IMG/VR virus record: IMGVR_UViG_3300037311_000073
Coordinates: 1-50,850 of that record
Length of the DNA: 50,850 nucleotides
Source of the DNA: a virus
Taxonomy: Duplodnaviria; Caudoviricetes
Reading direction: 5' to 3' (one strand)
The notes under the pieces are model-generated. The model did not search any database, had not been told where the DNA came from, and worked only from the letters and a program-made list of their open reading frames with translations. A program made the position numbers and the translations under genes. Of this stretch, positions 32,301-39,513 are shown piece by piece (positions within the stretch are counted from its first letter, which is position 1; each line of letters opens with the position of its first letter).

Positions 32301-35300
32301 GAAGCGTTTGCCGATCTGCGCGGCGATGCAGTGGACCCGCCGATGCTCAAGGTGGACGGGCAGACGTTCAACCGTCGCACCAAGGCGGCCGCAGCGATCG
32401 CGCAGCGCGTGGCCGACGCGATCGCGGAATCCCGGGCGGTTGAAGTGGGCAAGATCGGCCCGTTCGGTATCACTGTCGAGGGTCAGGGTACGAGCCGCTT
32501 CGACAAGGGCAGCTACGGCATCGAGGTGCTGATCGCTGCGCCCGATGGTGTAGAGGCCAGCACAACACTGAGCGTGAGGGCCATTGCCAGCGAAGACGAC
32601 GCCCGCAAGGCGGCAACGTCGGTCATCAACGCGGCCATCGGACTCGCCAGCGGCGGCGAGATGCAAGCGCGGTGGCTGCGTGAGGAGTTGACCAGCAAGA
32701 AGAAGGTGCTGGCCGACATCGCCGCGACCAAGCCGATGACCGAGTTTCCGCAGCAAGCCAAGCTGGAGCAGGCACGTGCTGCGCACCGCGAGGTTCTGGA
32801 GCGACTGACGGCAAAGGCCAAGGAAACGCCACCAGCGGATGCCGGAGATGCCGACGACGCAGCAGCGCTCAGCCGCGGCACTGGCGCGGTTGGCATGCCG
32901 TTGGAACAAGCCCAGGCCATCGCCGACCGGATTGCTGGTGCAGCAGGCTCCACGGTGCGGGTGCGCGTGGCACGGAACGTCGACGAACTCACAGGCCCAG
33001 CGGCTGCTGCCGTTCAGGCTTTGAGTCCACAAGGCCCGGTGCGTGGCGCGTACCTGCCGGGTCAGGACGAGGTGTGGCTGTTCGCCGACCACGTGTCGAG
33101 CGAGCCCGAAGCGATGTTCGTGGTGCTCCACGAGGCTTTTCACCGCGGGTTCTCGCGGACCGTGACTGGCGGCCGGGCGCTGCTGCAAGACCTGTGGCGA
33201 TCGAACCAGTCGTTGCGCCGGGCGGCGGCCGAGCAGATGCAGCAGCACAAGATCGGGCGCGACGAGGCCATCGAGGAAGCCTTGGCAGACATGGCTGGTC
33301 GCGGCGAGGCATCCACCCTGACCGGTTGGGCGAAGTTCGTGAACGCGGTGCGGGTTTGGCTGGCCAAGGTCGCTTCGGCCATCGGCGTGCCGATGACCTG
33401 GACGGACGACATGGTGCAGGCGTTTGTCGCGCAGACGGCGCGGCAGGGTCTGAGGGCAAAAGGCAGCGTGCTGGAGGCAAGCGGCACGTTCGATCTTGCG
33501 AACTCGGACATTCGCTTCAGTCGCGTGCCGGAGCGAGCGCTGCGCGATGCCGCGACGGGTGGCGCCAAGGCACTGTCGGACCTCAAGTTGGCTGCCGGCT
33601 ACCAGGTCGGCGACTTCTTCACGAGCCACGCCAAACTGTCGTTCTGGGACAAGACCGTCGGCACCCCGTTCAACCTTGCCAAGAGGTTCCCGGACACCTT
33701 CGGTCGGGTCTACGACGCCACGCAGCGTTTCCTCGAAGACGTAAGCGCGACGGCGAACGCCGCAGCGGACCTGGCCCCGCGGATCCTGCCCAAGCTCGAA
33801 CACCTGAAAGACATCTGGAAGAGCCCGCTGAAGCCCGAGGACGAGGCGGCGATCCGCAAACCCATCTTCGAGGGCACGCTGCTGTGGTTGCGCGGGCCGG
33901 ACGGGAAGCTGCAGAAGGCGGCGGACGCGAAGCGCGCGGCGCTGTCGTTGGACGCTGAAAGCAAGGCTCGGGCAATGCTGCGCGCCGGCAAGCTGGACGA
34001 GCGGGTGCTCAAGATGTGGCAGGGCCTGCCGCTGGACCGGTACGAAGCGATGGTGGAGTCGCGCTACGAGTCGCAGATGCTGCGCGCTGGCGTGGTGTTC
34101 ACCGATGCCGAGTTGAAGACCGTATTCAAGCTCACCGCCGACCAAGCCTCTCTCTACCGCGAGTTCCGCAAGGCTGCCGACAAGAGCCTGAACGACTTGG
34201 CGGTGAGCGAGATGATCCGACTCGGCGGTGCGCGCGTGAAGGGCTTGGCGGATGCTGTTCGAGGGCTCAGCGCTGTGGACGCATCGACCAAACTGCGAGA
34301 CGCGTTGTTCGAGCAGTCCGAGGCGGCCAGAGCCGAGGGCGAGAAGGTGCGCGGCGGGGACATCGACGACACGGCCGACCGGATCGTGCAGATCGGGAAC
34401 AAGGTCCGCGACTTGACCGCCAACGGGTACGCGCCGCTGATGCGCTTCGGCCACTACACGGTCGATGTTGTCGATGGCGACGAGCGTGTGTACTTTGGCA
34501 TGTTCGAGAGTCAGGCCGAGGCCAACCGGATGGCGCGGTCGATGCGCGGCAACTTCCCCGATGCCAAGGTCACCCAGGGCACGCAGTCGCAGGAGGCCTA
34601 CAAGCTGTTTGCGGGCGTCAACCCCGAGACGGTCGAGTTGTTCGGCGAGATCCTCGGTCTTGGCCAGGGCGGCGAGAAGCAGGATGCTGCGTTCCAGGAG
34701 TACCTGAAGCGTGCCCAGTCGAACCGCTCGGCGTTGACGCGCCTGATCCACCGCAAGGGCATCAAGGGCTTCGACGAGGAGGTCGGTCGCGTGCTGGCCG
34801 GCTTCATCACCTCGAACGCGCGGCGCACGTCCAGCAACTTGCACACAAAGGACATCCTCGAGGCCGTTGAGCAGATCCCCAAGGAGACCGGCGAGCTGAA
34901 GGACTACGCGGGGCGCATGGCCGAGTACACACGCAACCCCATTGAAGAGGCGCAGGCGTTTCGAGGTCTGCTGTTCGTGCAGTACCTGGGCGGGTCCATC
35001 GCTTCGGCGCTGGTCAACATGACACAGCCGATCACGGTGTCGTTCCCCTTCCTGAGCCAGTTCGGCGGGGCGGGGCGCGCGGCCAAGGCGCTTACCAAGG
35101 CGTATGCCGACATGGCCGGTGGGCGCAATTTCGAGGCTGGTCTCGACGAGGCGCTACGTGCAGCCGAGGACGGCGGCATCGTGGCGCCGCAGGAGCTGTT
35201 CCAGTTGCTGGCCCAGGCGCAGGGCAAGGGGCAGTTGAGAACCGGCGACGGAACCGTCGGTGGCGACGCTGCTGCCGCCGTCCAGAACGCCAAGGCACGG

Positions 35301-36443
35301 GCTCTTCTGGTGTGGGGCAAGATGTTCAGCTTTGCCGAGCTGATCAACCGAAAAGCGACCTTCATCGCCGCCTATCGGATGGCGCAGGCTCGCGGCGAAG
35401 CGGACCCGGCAGCGTTCGCGGCCGACGCGGTCAAGGAAACGCAGTTCACCTACAACAAGGGCAACCGCCCCGAGTGGGCGCGCGGCGCGATCGGCGCAAC
35501 CCTGTTCACGTTCAAGACCTACAGCGTCAGCTACGTCGAGCTGTTGGCCCGGCAGTGGCGCCTGGGCGGCCCGGATGGGCGAAAGGCCATGCTGCTGGGG
35601 ATCGCCACTCTGGCGCTGGTGGCCGGCATGGACGGTCTGCCGTTCATGGAAGATGTCGAGGACGTGATCGACGGCTTCATGCAGCGAGTCATGGGCCGGA
35701 ACTTCGCCACCAGACAGGCCCGAAACGAGTTCCTGTCTTCAGTCATGGGAGAAGACCTTGCTCGGTTCGTTGCCAAGGGCGTTTCCGGGCTGCCAGGTGC
35801 TCCGCTGGACGTGTCCGGTCGCCTCGGCCTGGGCAACTTGATCCCAGGGACCGGGCTGCTGCGGAAAGACGCGAGCGCAGCGAACAGCCTGAAGGAGCTC
35901 GCGGGCCCGGCAGGCGACTTCATCCAGCGCGGCTTCAACGCGACCGGCATGGCTCTACAGGGCGACATCGGCAAGGCCGTGGTCGAGATCTCTCCGGTGG
36001 CTGCGCGCAACGTCGTCAAGGCGGCGGACATGGTCGAGACCGGCATGTACCGCGACACGTCTGGGAAGAAGATCATCGACACCTCGAGCGCAGAGGCGCT
36101 GCTGAAGGGCATCGGCTTCCAGCCGAACTCGGTGGCTCGCGTTCAAGCCGCGTCCAACGACGTGCGGCGGATGGTCGAGCTGAACAAGCGCACCGAGGCC
36201 GAGATTGCCGACCAGTGGGCCCTGGGCATCTTCGAGGGCGATACTGCGAAGGTGGCCGAAGCGATCAAGCGCCGAAACCAGTGGAACGAGGACAACCCGA
36301 AGACCCCGATCCGGATCGAGATGAGCCAAGTGCTGCGGCGTGTCCGTCAAATGCGTATGACCAAAGCCGAGCGCATGGCCAAGACCGCACCCAAGGAGAT
36401 TCGAGAGGCTGCTCGGCGTGAACTCGAAGGGGTTGCGCGATGA
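23394..36443 (+). CDS. Giant DarB-like polyvalent protein: inorganic-pyrophosphatase-like + adenine MTase + SNF2/SF2 helicase + HExxH peptidase-like + PLxRFG domains
   Basis: IENPAGSVRRG..HYGYIKG..GADKDHVDVF (~25350-25480), ILEPGSGVGNF (~27760), IGNPPF (~27960), LDHVVGAGKT (~29870), DEAH (~30380), EQREGRIIRQGN (~31600), HEAFH (~33130), YAPLMRFG (~34430). Confidence 0.92.
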   Translation: MPTLTDLRATMPELAGLDDQHAVKLIHQLYYPQQDPARIAGLLGVKPAAPPKPERSLLRASADVGLSALRGVGTGVRMLTDVAGADNVASGALRSVDDYLRSLQSATANANEAEVARLLKEAEGQGVLDQVVAGAKAFAVDPVSMLANAVGTAVPTLAAGAVGAAARVGAVGAAAASGGVGAAQGVGAVKGSIYDTVKQELRAAGASEQEAEDRAVRAQEYSSANAGQIAVGGALGALAGSTGAERIVASMRGAAGTGPARGALARMATGAVTEAVPEALQAGQEKFATNTALNNEGFQVSPMSGVAANMTVEGLAGAGVGGSFGLANRSAGDAIRATKLPESGAVSKALNAGTEEAAQVADAEEAAVVQAHAQTRRQQAAPMAAALGRLGDADRTEALNALAVADNMQAPPAVRRRAQNRLDVLMALAETPAAAADVAPEAPDAESLVAPASVPETDVAAAAEPSQPTEAQAPPITGQPRPQYPDPLPGERVYSSMDVAMRVKARSGEGAELVRVVGGLAVRKTDHKTGEVTIPASTAEPAELPGVEPAPPAPADPPALPDDTLNRAGNPFTHRGAAANRMRELGDGWTTAKVQGGFAVRRLSAVSAPVDASAQQAATSPTNDLFEPTDGQKKAGNYKLGHHRVSGLDLSIENPAGSVRRGTDRDGKAWENTLQHHYGYIKGSRGADKDHVDVFVKPGTADEWAGTVFVVDQVHPDTGKFDEHKALIGFDTIDEAKAAYAANYAKGWKGLKAISAMPANEFRTWALSDAPARGPLVKKQPTLMDKMTEEAGGPLTFGDIKRMNAEADLEPPAAAPVTQPPVKAETVATPVATAPTAPPANDADSGAAEREAVSSWASAPAEQRQQWLLEAGWKKGSPGLAAMEDKPWTGMTPSQRSRVRAAIEASEKRRVESWGKPQRHPAAEPEPKPRKVPVPVQRAAAEREAKRAAYFTSGNVVEGYGGFDEVLEYRPPGEDGRGWAVKVHGVVKGQASGQWVRVGKPQDARWHSTEPEARNFAKGPVAQLTHVPGELVSYTEGRVDGRPFPNAPDRGVKAAEPVSQPKEEASATSQALVSQPNPAPAPTPAPAPAPTPSANTIFTDDAAAAARARLKAKLGRLNSGIDPEMLMDGITLAGYHIEKGARTFAGYAKAMVADLGDAVKPYLQSWYMAVRSDPRAAEFRAGMDKASAVEDMTAADIDAVLEEAQNAAQEPDDGNAARPLDRPGQRALEGAPADPVQAPDAGRDAGRSPEGSSSADGGRSGSAEGTGGPDRGVGDGAGAPPVPARGERRKPRGESKPRAGRNARPDADPGLFGDGAGPDPQELTAPNVAPPAPPAFTPVDFEIADDLALGEGGQKAKYRGNVEAIRLLRDLDATGRTATQAEQRVLARYVGWGGIAQAFDAGNRDWAREHAELKELLTPEEWAKANESTQYAHYTSREVIGGIYEALARMGFTGGKILEPGSGVGNFVGLMPATLRTSSRFTGVEREAIAVGIAKHLYPQQNIQRADFTEFIGNDGFFDLAIGNPPFARNPLTDKSGRKHLTGLSVHNYFFAKAVDMLREGGILAQVVSNSFLDAKRDTARRYIADRTEFLGAIRLPNNAFAKNANTEVTTDIVFLRKLPESEWGSRSGKENRDRWLDTQNITDPNGGDDIPVNRYFAENPEMMLGQMGRFGTMYGPGQPALVAKPGQDTAALLKAAIARLPADVYIARAVANTAAMGDAAIVALRDPKVQEGGYYVEGGKLYQRQQDIAGEARAVELTPDSQWTEKTKLGEEGFTRIKLLAGLRQTLRDLLAAELADAKDIAALRSGLNEEYDAYVAKHGLINDKPSARVFDDDPDYPLLASLEHGFTPGITLAAAKKMGVKPMPATAKKGPIFSARVIEKRTAPSRAESPADALNISMAERGRIDASYIGELLGRDGDEALREMSQGAKPLLFMDPASNEYVLRDAYLSGNVRAKLAQARQAGMMNNARALEDVQPPDVSAGEISVRVGSPWVPAFIYEDFARHLFGEGTKATFTYVKANSSYMATLRAGSDVADSTTWGTKDYPGTQILTSLMNNREIKVMYLDENKSLKVHREATEAANQKATEVKQAFSDWAFSDADRADVLARAYNEANNNYVTRAFDGGYMQFPGKVPDAIIKFRRHQRNAIARIVQDRTALLDHVVGAGKTFTVISAAMELKRTGLSNKPLIVVPNHLVKQWAADFYRLYPGANILTATKKDFEKVNRRRFLAKIATGNWDAVIMAHSSFGFVKPASEFEAQFNEKQVENVLATIQAVEDGDGDAMAKKRTVKQLAALKERLENRIDALRQKPIDALLDFKEIGVDQLFVDEAHLFKNLMFTTKMQNVRGLGDSAGSQRAYDLFIKANQLYAQNGRGQGVVFATGTPVSNSLAEMYHMMRYLMPQALQDGGFESFDAWANTFASVEQVWMQKISADGFKADNRMSNFVNTHELLKMFDQVADTVTMDDIKRAYTDENNGAEFPLPKLKNGRRQPVSLVKSPAQEAYMADVAARAAAIEGKRTNEKGMDNALKIMGDARKAAMDIRLVDMERTEREKGGRIDRAAEEIEARYRQYADVKGTQLVFSDLGTPIKHAKAEMKEWEALQERIGKAVDPEIVTAANLGNEAAMKAVEDAEDAQREMDEKGADWLDAVKAALRGFSVYDDLRTALVERGIPESEIAFIHDYNTDEQKLSLFRKVNTGEIRVLMGSTPKLGAGTNVQERLVALHHLDVPWKPSDVEQREGRIIRQGNMLMNTLPGFEVEILAYVTQDTLDMRMWQVQETKLKMINQLRTRQIGREIDNAFEDMEMSAGEMQAAATGNMDLLKEIQLRTDVKKLEQAKRSYDAQRNDLASRKKRAEEAVAALPRKIEKAERMAAASKAYINEQQAPAAAFRVEIDGTTYTDAKKAGAVLQAVVDAKQYVKKGSDQVLTPEQYQSLAEEERSAGNGWTERPVPLKLVMDGKTYTARAALGEAFADLRGDAVDPPMLKVDGQTFNRRTKAAAAIAQRVADAIAESRAVEVGKIGPFGITVEGQGTSRFDKGSYGIEVLIAAPDGVEASTTLSVRAIASEDDARKAATSVINAAIGLASGGEMQARWLREELTSKKKVLADIAATKPMTEFPQQAKLEQARAAHREVLERLTAKAKETPPADAGDADDAAALSRGTGAVGMPLEQAQAIADRIAGAAGSTVRVRVARNVDELTGPAAAAVQALSPQGPVRGAYLPGQDEVWLFADHVSSEPEAMFVVLHEAFHRGFSRTVTGGRALLQDLWRSNQSLRRAAAEQMQQHKIGRDEAIEEALADMAGRGEASTLTGWAKFVNAVRVWLAKVASAIGVPMTWTDDMVQAFVAQTARQGLRAKGSVLEASGTFDLANSDIRFSRVPERALRDAATGGAKALSDLKLAAGYQVGDFFTSHAKLSFWDKTVGTPFNLAKRFPDTFGRVYDATQRFLEDVSATANAAADLAPRILPKLEHLKDIWKSPLKPEDEAAIRKPIFEGTLLWLRGPDGKLQKAADAKRAALSLDAESKARAMLRAGKLDERVLKMWQGLPLDRYEAMVESRYESQMLRAGVVFTDAELKTVFKLTADQASLYREFRKAADKSLNDLAVSEMIRLGGARVKGLADAVRGLSAVDASTKLRDALFEQSEAARAEGEKVRGGDIDDTADRIVQIGNKVRDLTANGYAPLMRFGHYTVDVVDGDERVYFGMFESQAEANRMARSMRGNFPDAKVTQGTQSQEAYKLFAGVNPETVELFGEILGLGQGGEKQDAAFQEYLKRAQSNRSALTRLIHRKGIKGFDEEVGRVLAGFITSNARRTSSNLHTKDILEAVEQIPKETGELKDYAGRMAEYTRNPIEEAQAFRGLLFVQYLGGSIASALVNMTQPITVSFPFLSQFGGAGRAAKALTKAYADMAGGRNFEAGLDEALRAAEDGGIVAPQELFQLLAQAQGKGQLRTGDGTVGGDAAAAVQNAKARALLVWGKMFSFAELINRKATFIAAYRMAQARGEADPAAFAADAVKETQFTYNKGNRPEWARGAIGATLFTFKTYSVSYVELLARQWRLGGPDGRKAMLLGIATLALVAGMDGLPFMEDVEDVIDGFMQRVMGRNFATRQARNEFLSSVMGEDLARFVAKGVSGLPGAPLDVSGRLGLGNLIPGTGLLRKDASAANSLKELAGPAGDFIQRGFNATGMALQGDIGKAVVEISPVAARNVVKAADMVETGMYRDTSGKKIIDTSSAEALLKGIGFQPNSVARVQAASNDVRRMVELNKRTEAEIADQWALGIFEGDTAKVAEAIKRRNQWNEDNPKTPIRIEMSQVLRRVRQMRMTKAERMAKTAPKEIREAARRELEGVAR
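27031..27363 (+). CDS. Overprinted TnpV-like protein nested in the +1 frame of the giant gene
   Basis: AGGAG RBS at 27019-27023, 7 nt before ATG; HWKEHQPTRYKRL..G.L...AWEMVRERHLFPPEE resembles TnpV-like proteins; the main frame here is low-complexity G/R/P/A linker. Confidence 0.65.
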   Translation: MEMQRAHWIAQANEHWKEHQPTRYKRLTQAGTLGAALKEAAAQTEADLEALKGQVDPIAAWEMVRERHLFPPEEKGASPEESPSQGLAAMRDLTQTLGSLVTEPDPIRKS

Positions 36444-36559
36444 GTTGGGCAGGCGCATTCGCCGTGCTGGGGCTCGCGGTGATGGCTTTTGCGCTATGGC
36501 CGTGGAGCGCCTTGGGCGTGGCCGCGCTGCTTGTGCTGTCGCCGCTGGTCAAGCGCTGA
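36440..36559 (+). CDS. 39-aa hydrophobic peptide (absent from ORF track)
   Basis: ATGA overlap with giant gene stop; MSWAGAFAVLGLAVMAFALWPWSALGVAALLVLSPLVKR. Confidence 0.5.
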   Translation: MSWAGAFAVLGLAVMAFALWPWSALGVAALLVLSPLVKR

Positions 36560-36626
36560 TCGTCGGCTGTTCTGCTGGCGGTACCAAGTCCACGAGGCTT
36601 TCAAGAGCCGCACGGATGCTTGGTCA

Positions 36627-36648
36627 TCGAATCCCTCCGACTCCGCCA
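36627..36648 (+). other. att core: 3' end of a tRNA, probably tRNA-Ser (attP-like)
   Basis: TCGAATCCCTCCGACTCCGCCA = T-loop, T-stem 3' side, acceptor 3' strand, discriminator G, CCA; no tRNA 5' half upstream; 187 bp before integrase. Confidence 0.85.
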
Positions 36649-36683
36649 GAACTCTTTCCGTGTGAGTCCGCTGAAGGACAGAG

Positions 36684-36718
36684 AAGCCCCGCAAGTCGCT
36701 GATTCGCGGGGCTTTTTT
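36684..36718 (+). terminator. Rho-independent terminator with IHF-like site in the loop
   Basis: AAGCCCCGC-13 nt-GCGGGGCTT followed by TTTT; minus strand across the loop reads AATCAGCGACTTG, one mismatch from WATCAANNNNTTR. Confidence 0.75.
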
Positions 36719-36834
36719 CATCCGCCGTCGTTCGCGATGGTCGCTGTAAGTTCGGATACAGTGCCGTCACCATTGGCGGTACCGGTGGTAGCCCGGCGGT
36801 ACCACGGCGCCAGCAACGAGCAAAGGAGGCATGC

Positions 36835-38046
36835 TTGCCCAGAGAAATCCTGTCGGCGCGATCACTTGAAGGCGCCGTGAAACGCGGGGTCGAGAAGGCA
36901 GCCGAGAAGAACACACGGGTCAAGATCAACGACGGCGACAACCTCATGCTCATCGTCCGGCCGGCGGGTGGGGCGTCTTGGGTGCTTGAGTACCGGCTTG
37001 CGGGCAAGCGCAAGAACTTCACCCTCGGTGTCTGGCCAACGGTTGGGCTGAAGCTGGCGCGCGAGCTGGCCGATCGGGCAAGGGTTCAGGTGGCCACTGG
37101 GCTAGACCCAGTGCGCGAACGGGCCAAGGCGAAGGAAGTCGCGCGCCGGCTGGTGACAGGGTACACGGTCCGAGAACTGATCGACGACTGGTTGGCGACG
37201 CTGCGCGTGAGTCAGGTCTACCGCGGCAACATCGAAGCGGCCATGAGGAAGGATGTTCTTCCTCGGGTCGGTTCCAAGACGCCTGGTGATGTCGCCAGGC
37301 AGGACATCATCGAGATCCTCCGGGTCATGGAAGCACGAGGCGCGCTTGAGATGCTGCGCAGGGTCCGGATGTGGCTGGCGCAGGCGTGGGATGCCGCACT
37401 CGACGCCGGCCGGGTCAAGGGTTCACCGGTTCCGACCGGGCACCTCAAGAGCTTCATGCCGCCGAAGCGCGGTCACTTCCCGGCTATCACCGATGTTGCC
37501 GATGTACCAGCGTTGATGCACGCCATCAAGGTCTACGAGAGCCCCGTGGTTCGCGCTGCGCTGGAGTTGTCGGCATACACCTTCCAGCGGCCGACCGAGG
37601 TGCGCGAGGCGACGTGGTCTGAGTTCGATCTGCAAGCCGGGAAGTGGGTCATCCCAGCGGCGCGGATGAAGGGCCAGCGCGAGCACTGGGTGCCGTTGGC
37701 GCCGCAAGTGGTGAAGCTGCTGGTGCGCCACCGCGGCGTCGTGGGTGGACAAGGCTGGTTGTTCCCGGGCTGGCGCCACGGCAAACCGCTGAGCGAGGCG
37801 GCCTTGGGGCAAGCGCTCGAGGCGATGGGTTACAAGGGCCGGCACAGCCCGCACGGCTTTCGCGCCATGGCGCGCACCATCCTGGAAGAGCACCTCGGCG
37901 TTGATCCGAAGTTCGCGGAGCGCCAGCTTGCGCACGTCGAGGCCGACAAGGTCAAGCGGGCCTACAACCGGGCCGAGTTCTGGGCAGATCGCGTTCGCAT
38001 GATGGAGCAGTGGGCCACTTGGCTTGACCAGAAGACCGGTAGCTGA
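36835..38046 (+). CDS. int: Tyrosine integrase, P4-like with arm-DNA-binding domain
   Basis: DGDNLMLIV..G.ASW..YR..GK..LGVWP.VGL..AR N-terminus; catalytic R (FQRPTEV), HGFR, LAH, Y (AYNR); AAAGGAGG RBS. Confidence 0.95.
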   Translation: MPREILSARSLEGAVKRGVEKAAEKNTRVKINDGDNLMLIVRPAGGASWVLEYRLAGKRKNFTLGVWPTVGLKLARELADRARVQVATGLDPVRERAKAKEVARRLVTGYTVRELIDDWLATLRVSQVYRGNIEAAMRKDVLPRVGSKTPGDVARQDIIEILRVMEARGALEMLRRVRMWLAQAWDAALDAGRVKGSPVPTGHLKSFMPPKRGHFPAITDVADVPALMHAIKVYESPVVRAALELSAYTFQRPTEVREATWSEFDLQAGKWVIPAARMKGQREHWVPLAPQVVKLLVRHRGVVGGQGWLFPGWRHGKPLSEAALGQALEAMGYKGRHSPHGFRAMARTILEEHLGVDPKFAERQLAHVEADKVKRAYNRAEFWADRVRMMEQWATWLDQKTGS

Positions 38047-38062
38047 TCACGCCTCGGACAGA

Positions 38063-38326
38063 TCAGCGAACTGCACTCAGCCGTCGAATCGTTGCCTCGA
38101 TTTCGTCGGACCGCCAAACGCTGGCGCGGCCGATCTTCACCGGTTGCGGAAACTCGTTCTTGGCCACCATGTCGTAGAGCTTCGACTTGCCGATGCCGAT
38201 GCGCTTGAGCAGCTCCGGCAAGCGCAGCAAGGTCGTTGCTGAGGCGTCGTTGGCCGGTTGGCCGCGGCGCAGGAGCGCGGACTGTGGTTCTTGAGGTGCG
38301 TGGCGGAGAGACTTGGCGGTCTTCAT
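38063..38326 (-). CDS. alpA: AlpA-family excisionase/regulator
   Basis: LLRLPELLKRIGIGKSKLYDMVAKNEFPQPVKIGRASVWRSDEI; convergent with integrase. Confidence 0.9.
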   Translation of the reverse strand: MKTAKSLRHAPQEPQSALLRRGQPANDASATTLLRLPELLKRIGIGKSKLYDMVAKNEFPQPVKIGRASVWRSDEIEATIRRLSAVR

Positions 38327-38362
38327 GTAGTGATCCTTCTTCCAGAAGCGATGTCGAACAGG

Positions 38363-38878
38363 TCAGGCTTCTGCGCAGTCGGCCAGCGCGTGTTCGATGG
38401 CAGCGGGGTCGGTGACGACGACGAGGGGCTCGGCTGCGGGACGTGGCTTGCCGGCCTTCGTGGCACCCGCGATCTCGAGCACGCGACGCGCAAAAGCCAG
38501 CACGTCGGCCCGGCCCCGAATGGTGATCTCCAGGGCCTTCGGGTACAGCGTCAATTCATCGGCGGCACGGATGATGTCGTCGTCGTCCACGTCCTCGCGC
38601 AGCGTGGCGCGGCCGGTGAAGATGCAGGTCAGTTTCTCGTTGACGTATGCCACCGAGTACGAAGGCATCGGCAGCTGCGCTCCCGCGTGGGCATTGCAGT
38701 TGGTGAAGTCCACGCTCTTCTTCGCCGCCTCCTCGCAGCACTTGATGTACTCGTTCAGCAGGCCGGCGAATTCGATGAACGGGTGGTTGCCGATCTGCAC
38801 GGCGCTTGCGTAGAACTGCGCGCTCGCGGAACGCATGGCCTCCACGATGGCGCGGAGTTCGGCTTCGGTCTTCTTCAC
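38363..38878 (-). CDS. Hypothetical phage protein
   Basis: GTGA-coupled; FYASAVQIGNHPFIEFAGLLNEYIKCC...YVNEKLTCIF. Confidence 0.7.
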   Translation of the reverse strand: MKKTEAELRAIVEAMRSASAQFYASAVQIGNHPFIEFAGLLNEYIKCCEEAAKKSVDFTNCNAHAGAQLPMPSYSVAYVNEKLTCIFTGRATLREDVDDDDIIRAADELTLYPKALEITIRGRADVLAFARRVLEIAGATKAGKPRPAAEPLVVVTDPAAIEHALADCAEA

Positions 38879-39513
38879 TGCTTGATCCTCTCGAAGGTGA
38901 TGGCCCATAGCCACGGGTTCTCGTCCCATGAGCCGGAACCGTGGATGTGCTCCCAGAGGCGCATGTAGGCGACAGAGGCTGTTGGCCCCATGCACGCTGC
39001 TGGGTTGTCAAGGCCAAACGTGCCGTTGTCGTATCGACCGATGCCTTCAGCCAGTGCGTCAGCCTCGCTGATGTCTTGCAGCCGCTCAACGCGCACGCCT
39101 GTCACTTCGAGCGTGATGCGAGAGGCCCAGCGGGGCATGAACATGCCTGGGCGAGTGCGCGTCCAGTCGCCGCAGGTCGGACAGCCGTCGGCCCAATAGT
39201 GGATCTCATCTGTGCTGTGCCAGTCGCGCGGCGGATGCTTGTCTTGGTAACGCGGCCCGCTGAAACTCTCGCGCACCCACAGCCAGTCGCCTGGTTGGCC
39301 GTAAGGGCACAGCGCCAGCATGACATCGCTAGGACATGACAGGCATTGCCCGTCGCGCATTGGCCACGCCCAGCCGCGTGTCTCGCGCACTGCGCCGTGC
39401 ACGCTGTAGTTTTCGACCGGCTGCGGCTTCACGACGCGCCGCGTCTGCGTCTTGGTCCCGGTGAGGATCGCGCGCACCATCGACGCCGAGAACAGGATGG
39501 GGCGCTCACGCAC
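38875..39513 (-). CDS. ASCH/PUA-like phage protein
   Basis: RERPILFSASMVRAILTGTKTQTRR, CPYGQPGDWLWVRE, MPRWASRITLEVTGVRVERLQDISEADALAEG. Confidence 0.85.
   Translation of the reverse strand: MRERPILFSASMVRAILTGTKTQTRRVVKPQPVENYSVHGAVRETRGWAWPMRDGQCLSCPSDVMLALCPYGQPGDWLWVRESFSGPRYQDKHPPRDWHSTDEIHYWADGCPTCGDWTRTRPGMFMPRWASRITLEVTGVRVERLQDISEADALAEGIGRYDNGTFGLDNPAACMGPTASVAYMRLWEHIHGSGSWDENPWLWAITFERIKQ

Larger units (their letters stand above)
36576..36803 (+). repeat. Putative integrase arm-type direct repeats (YGGCGGTACC)
   Basis: TGGCGGTACC at 36576 and 36774, CGGTGGTAGC at 36783, CGGCGGTACC at 36794; present on both sides of the core. Confidence 0.65.

Noticed and set aside
36600-36648. 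Complete tRNA gene
   Set aside because: Only the last 22 nt are tRNA-like; the upstream sequence cannot form the T-stem or acceptor stem.
36835-38046. Integrase as the cognate IntI of the cassette array
   Set aside because: It has a P4-type arm-binding N-terminus, sits beside a tRNA att core and shows no evident IntI-specific insertion.
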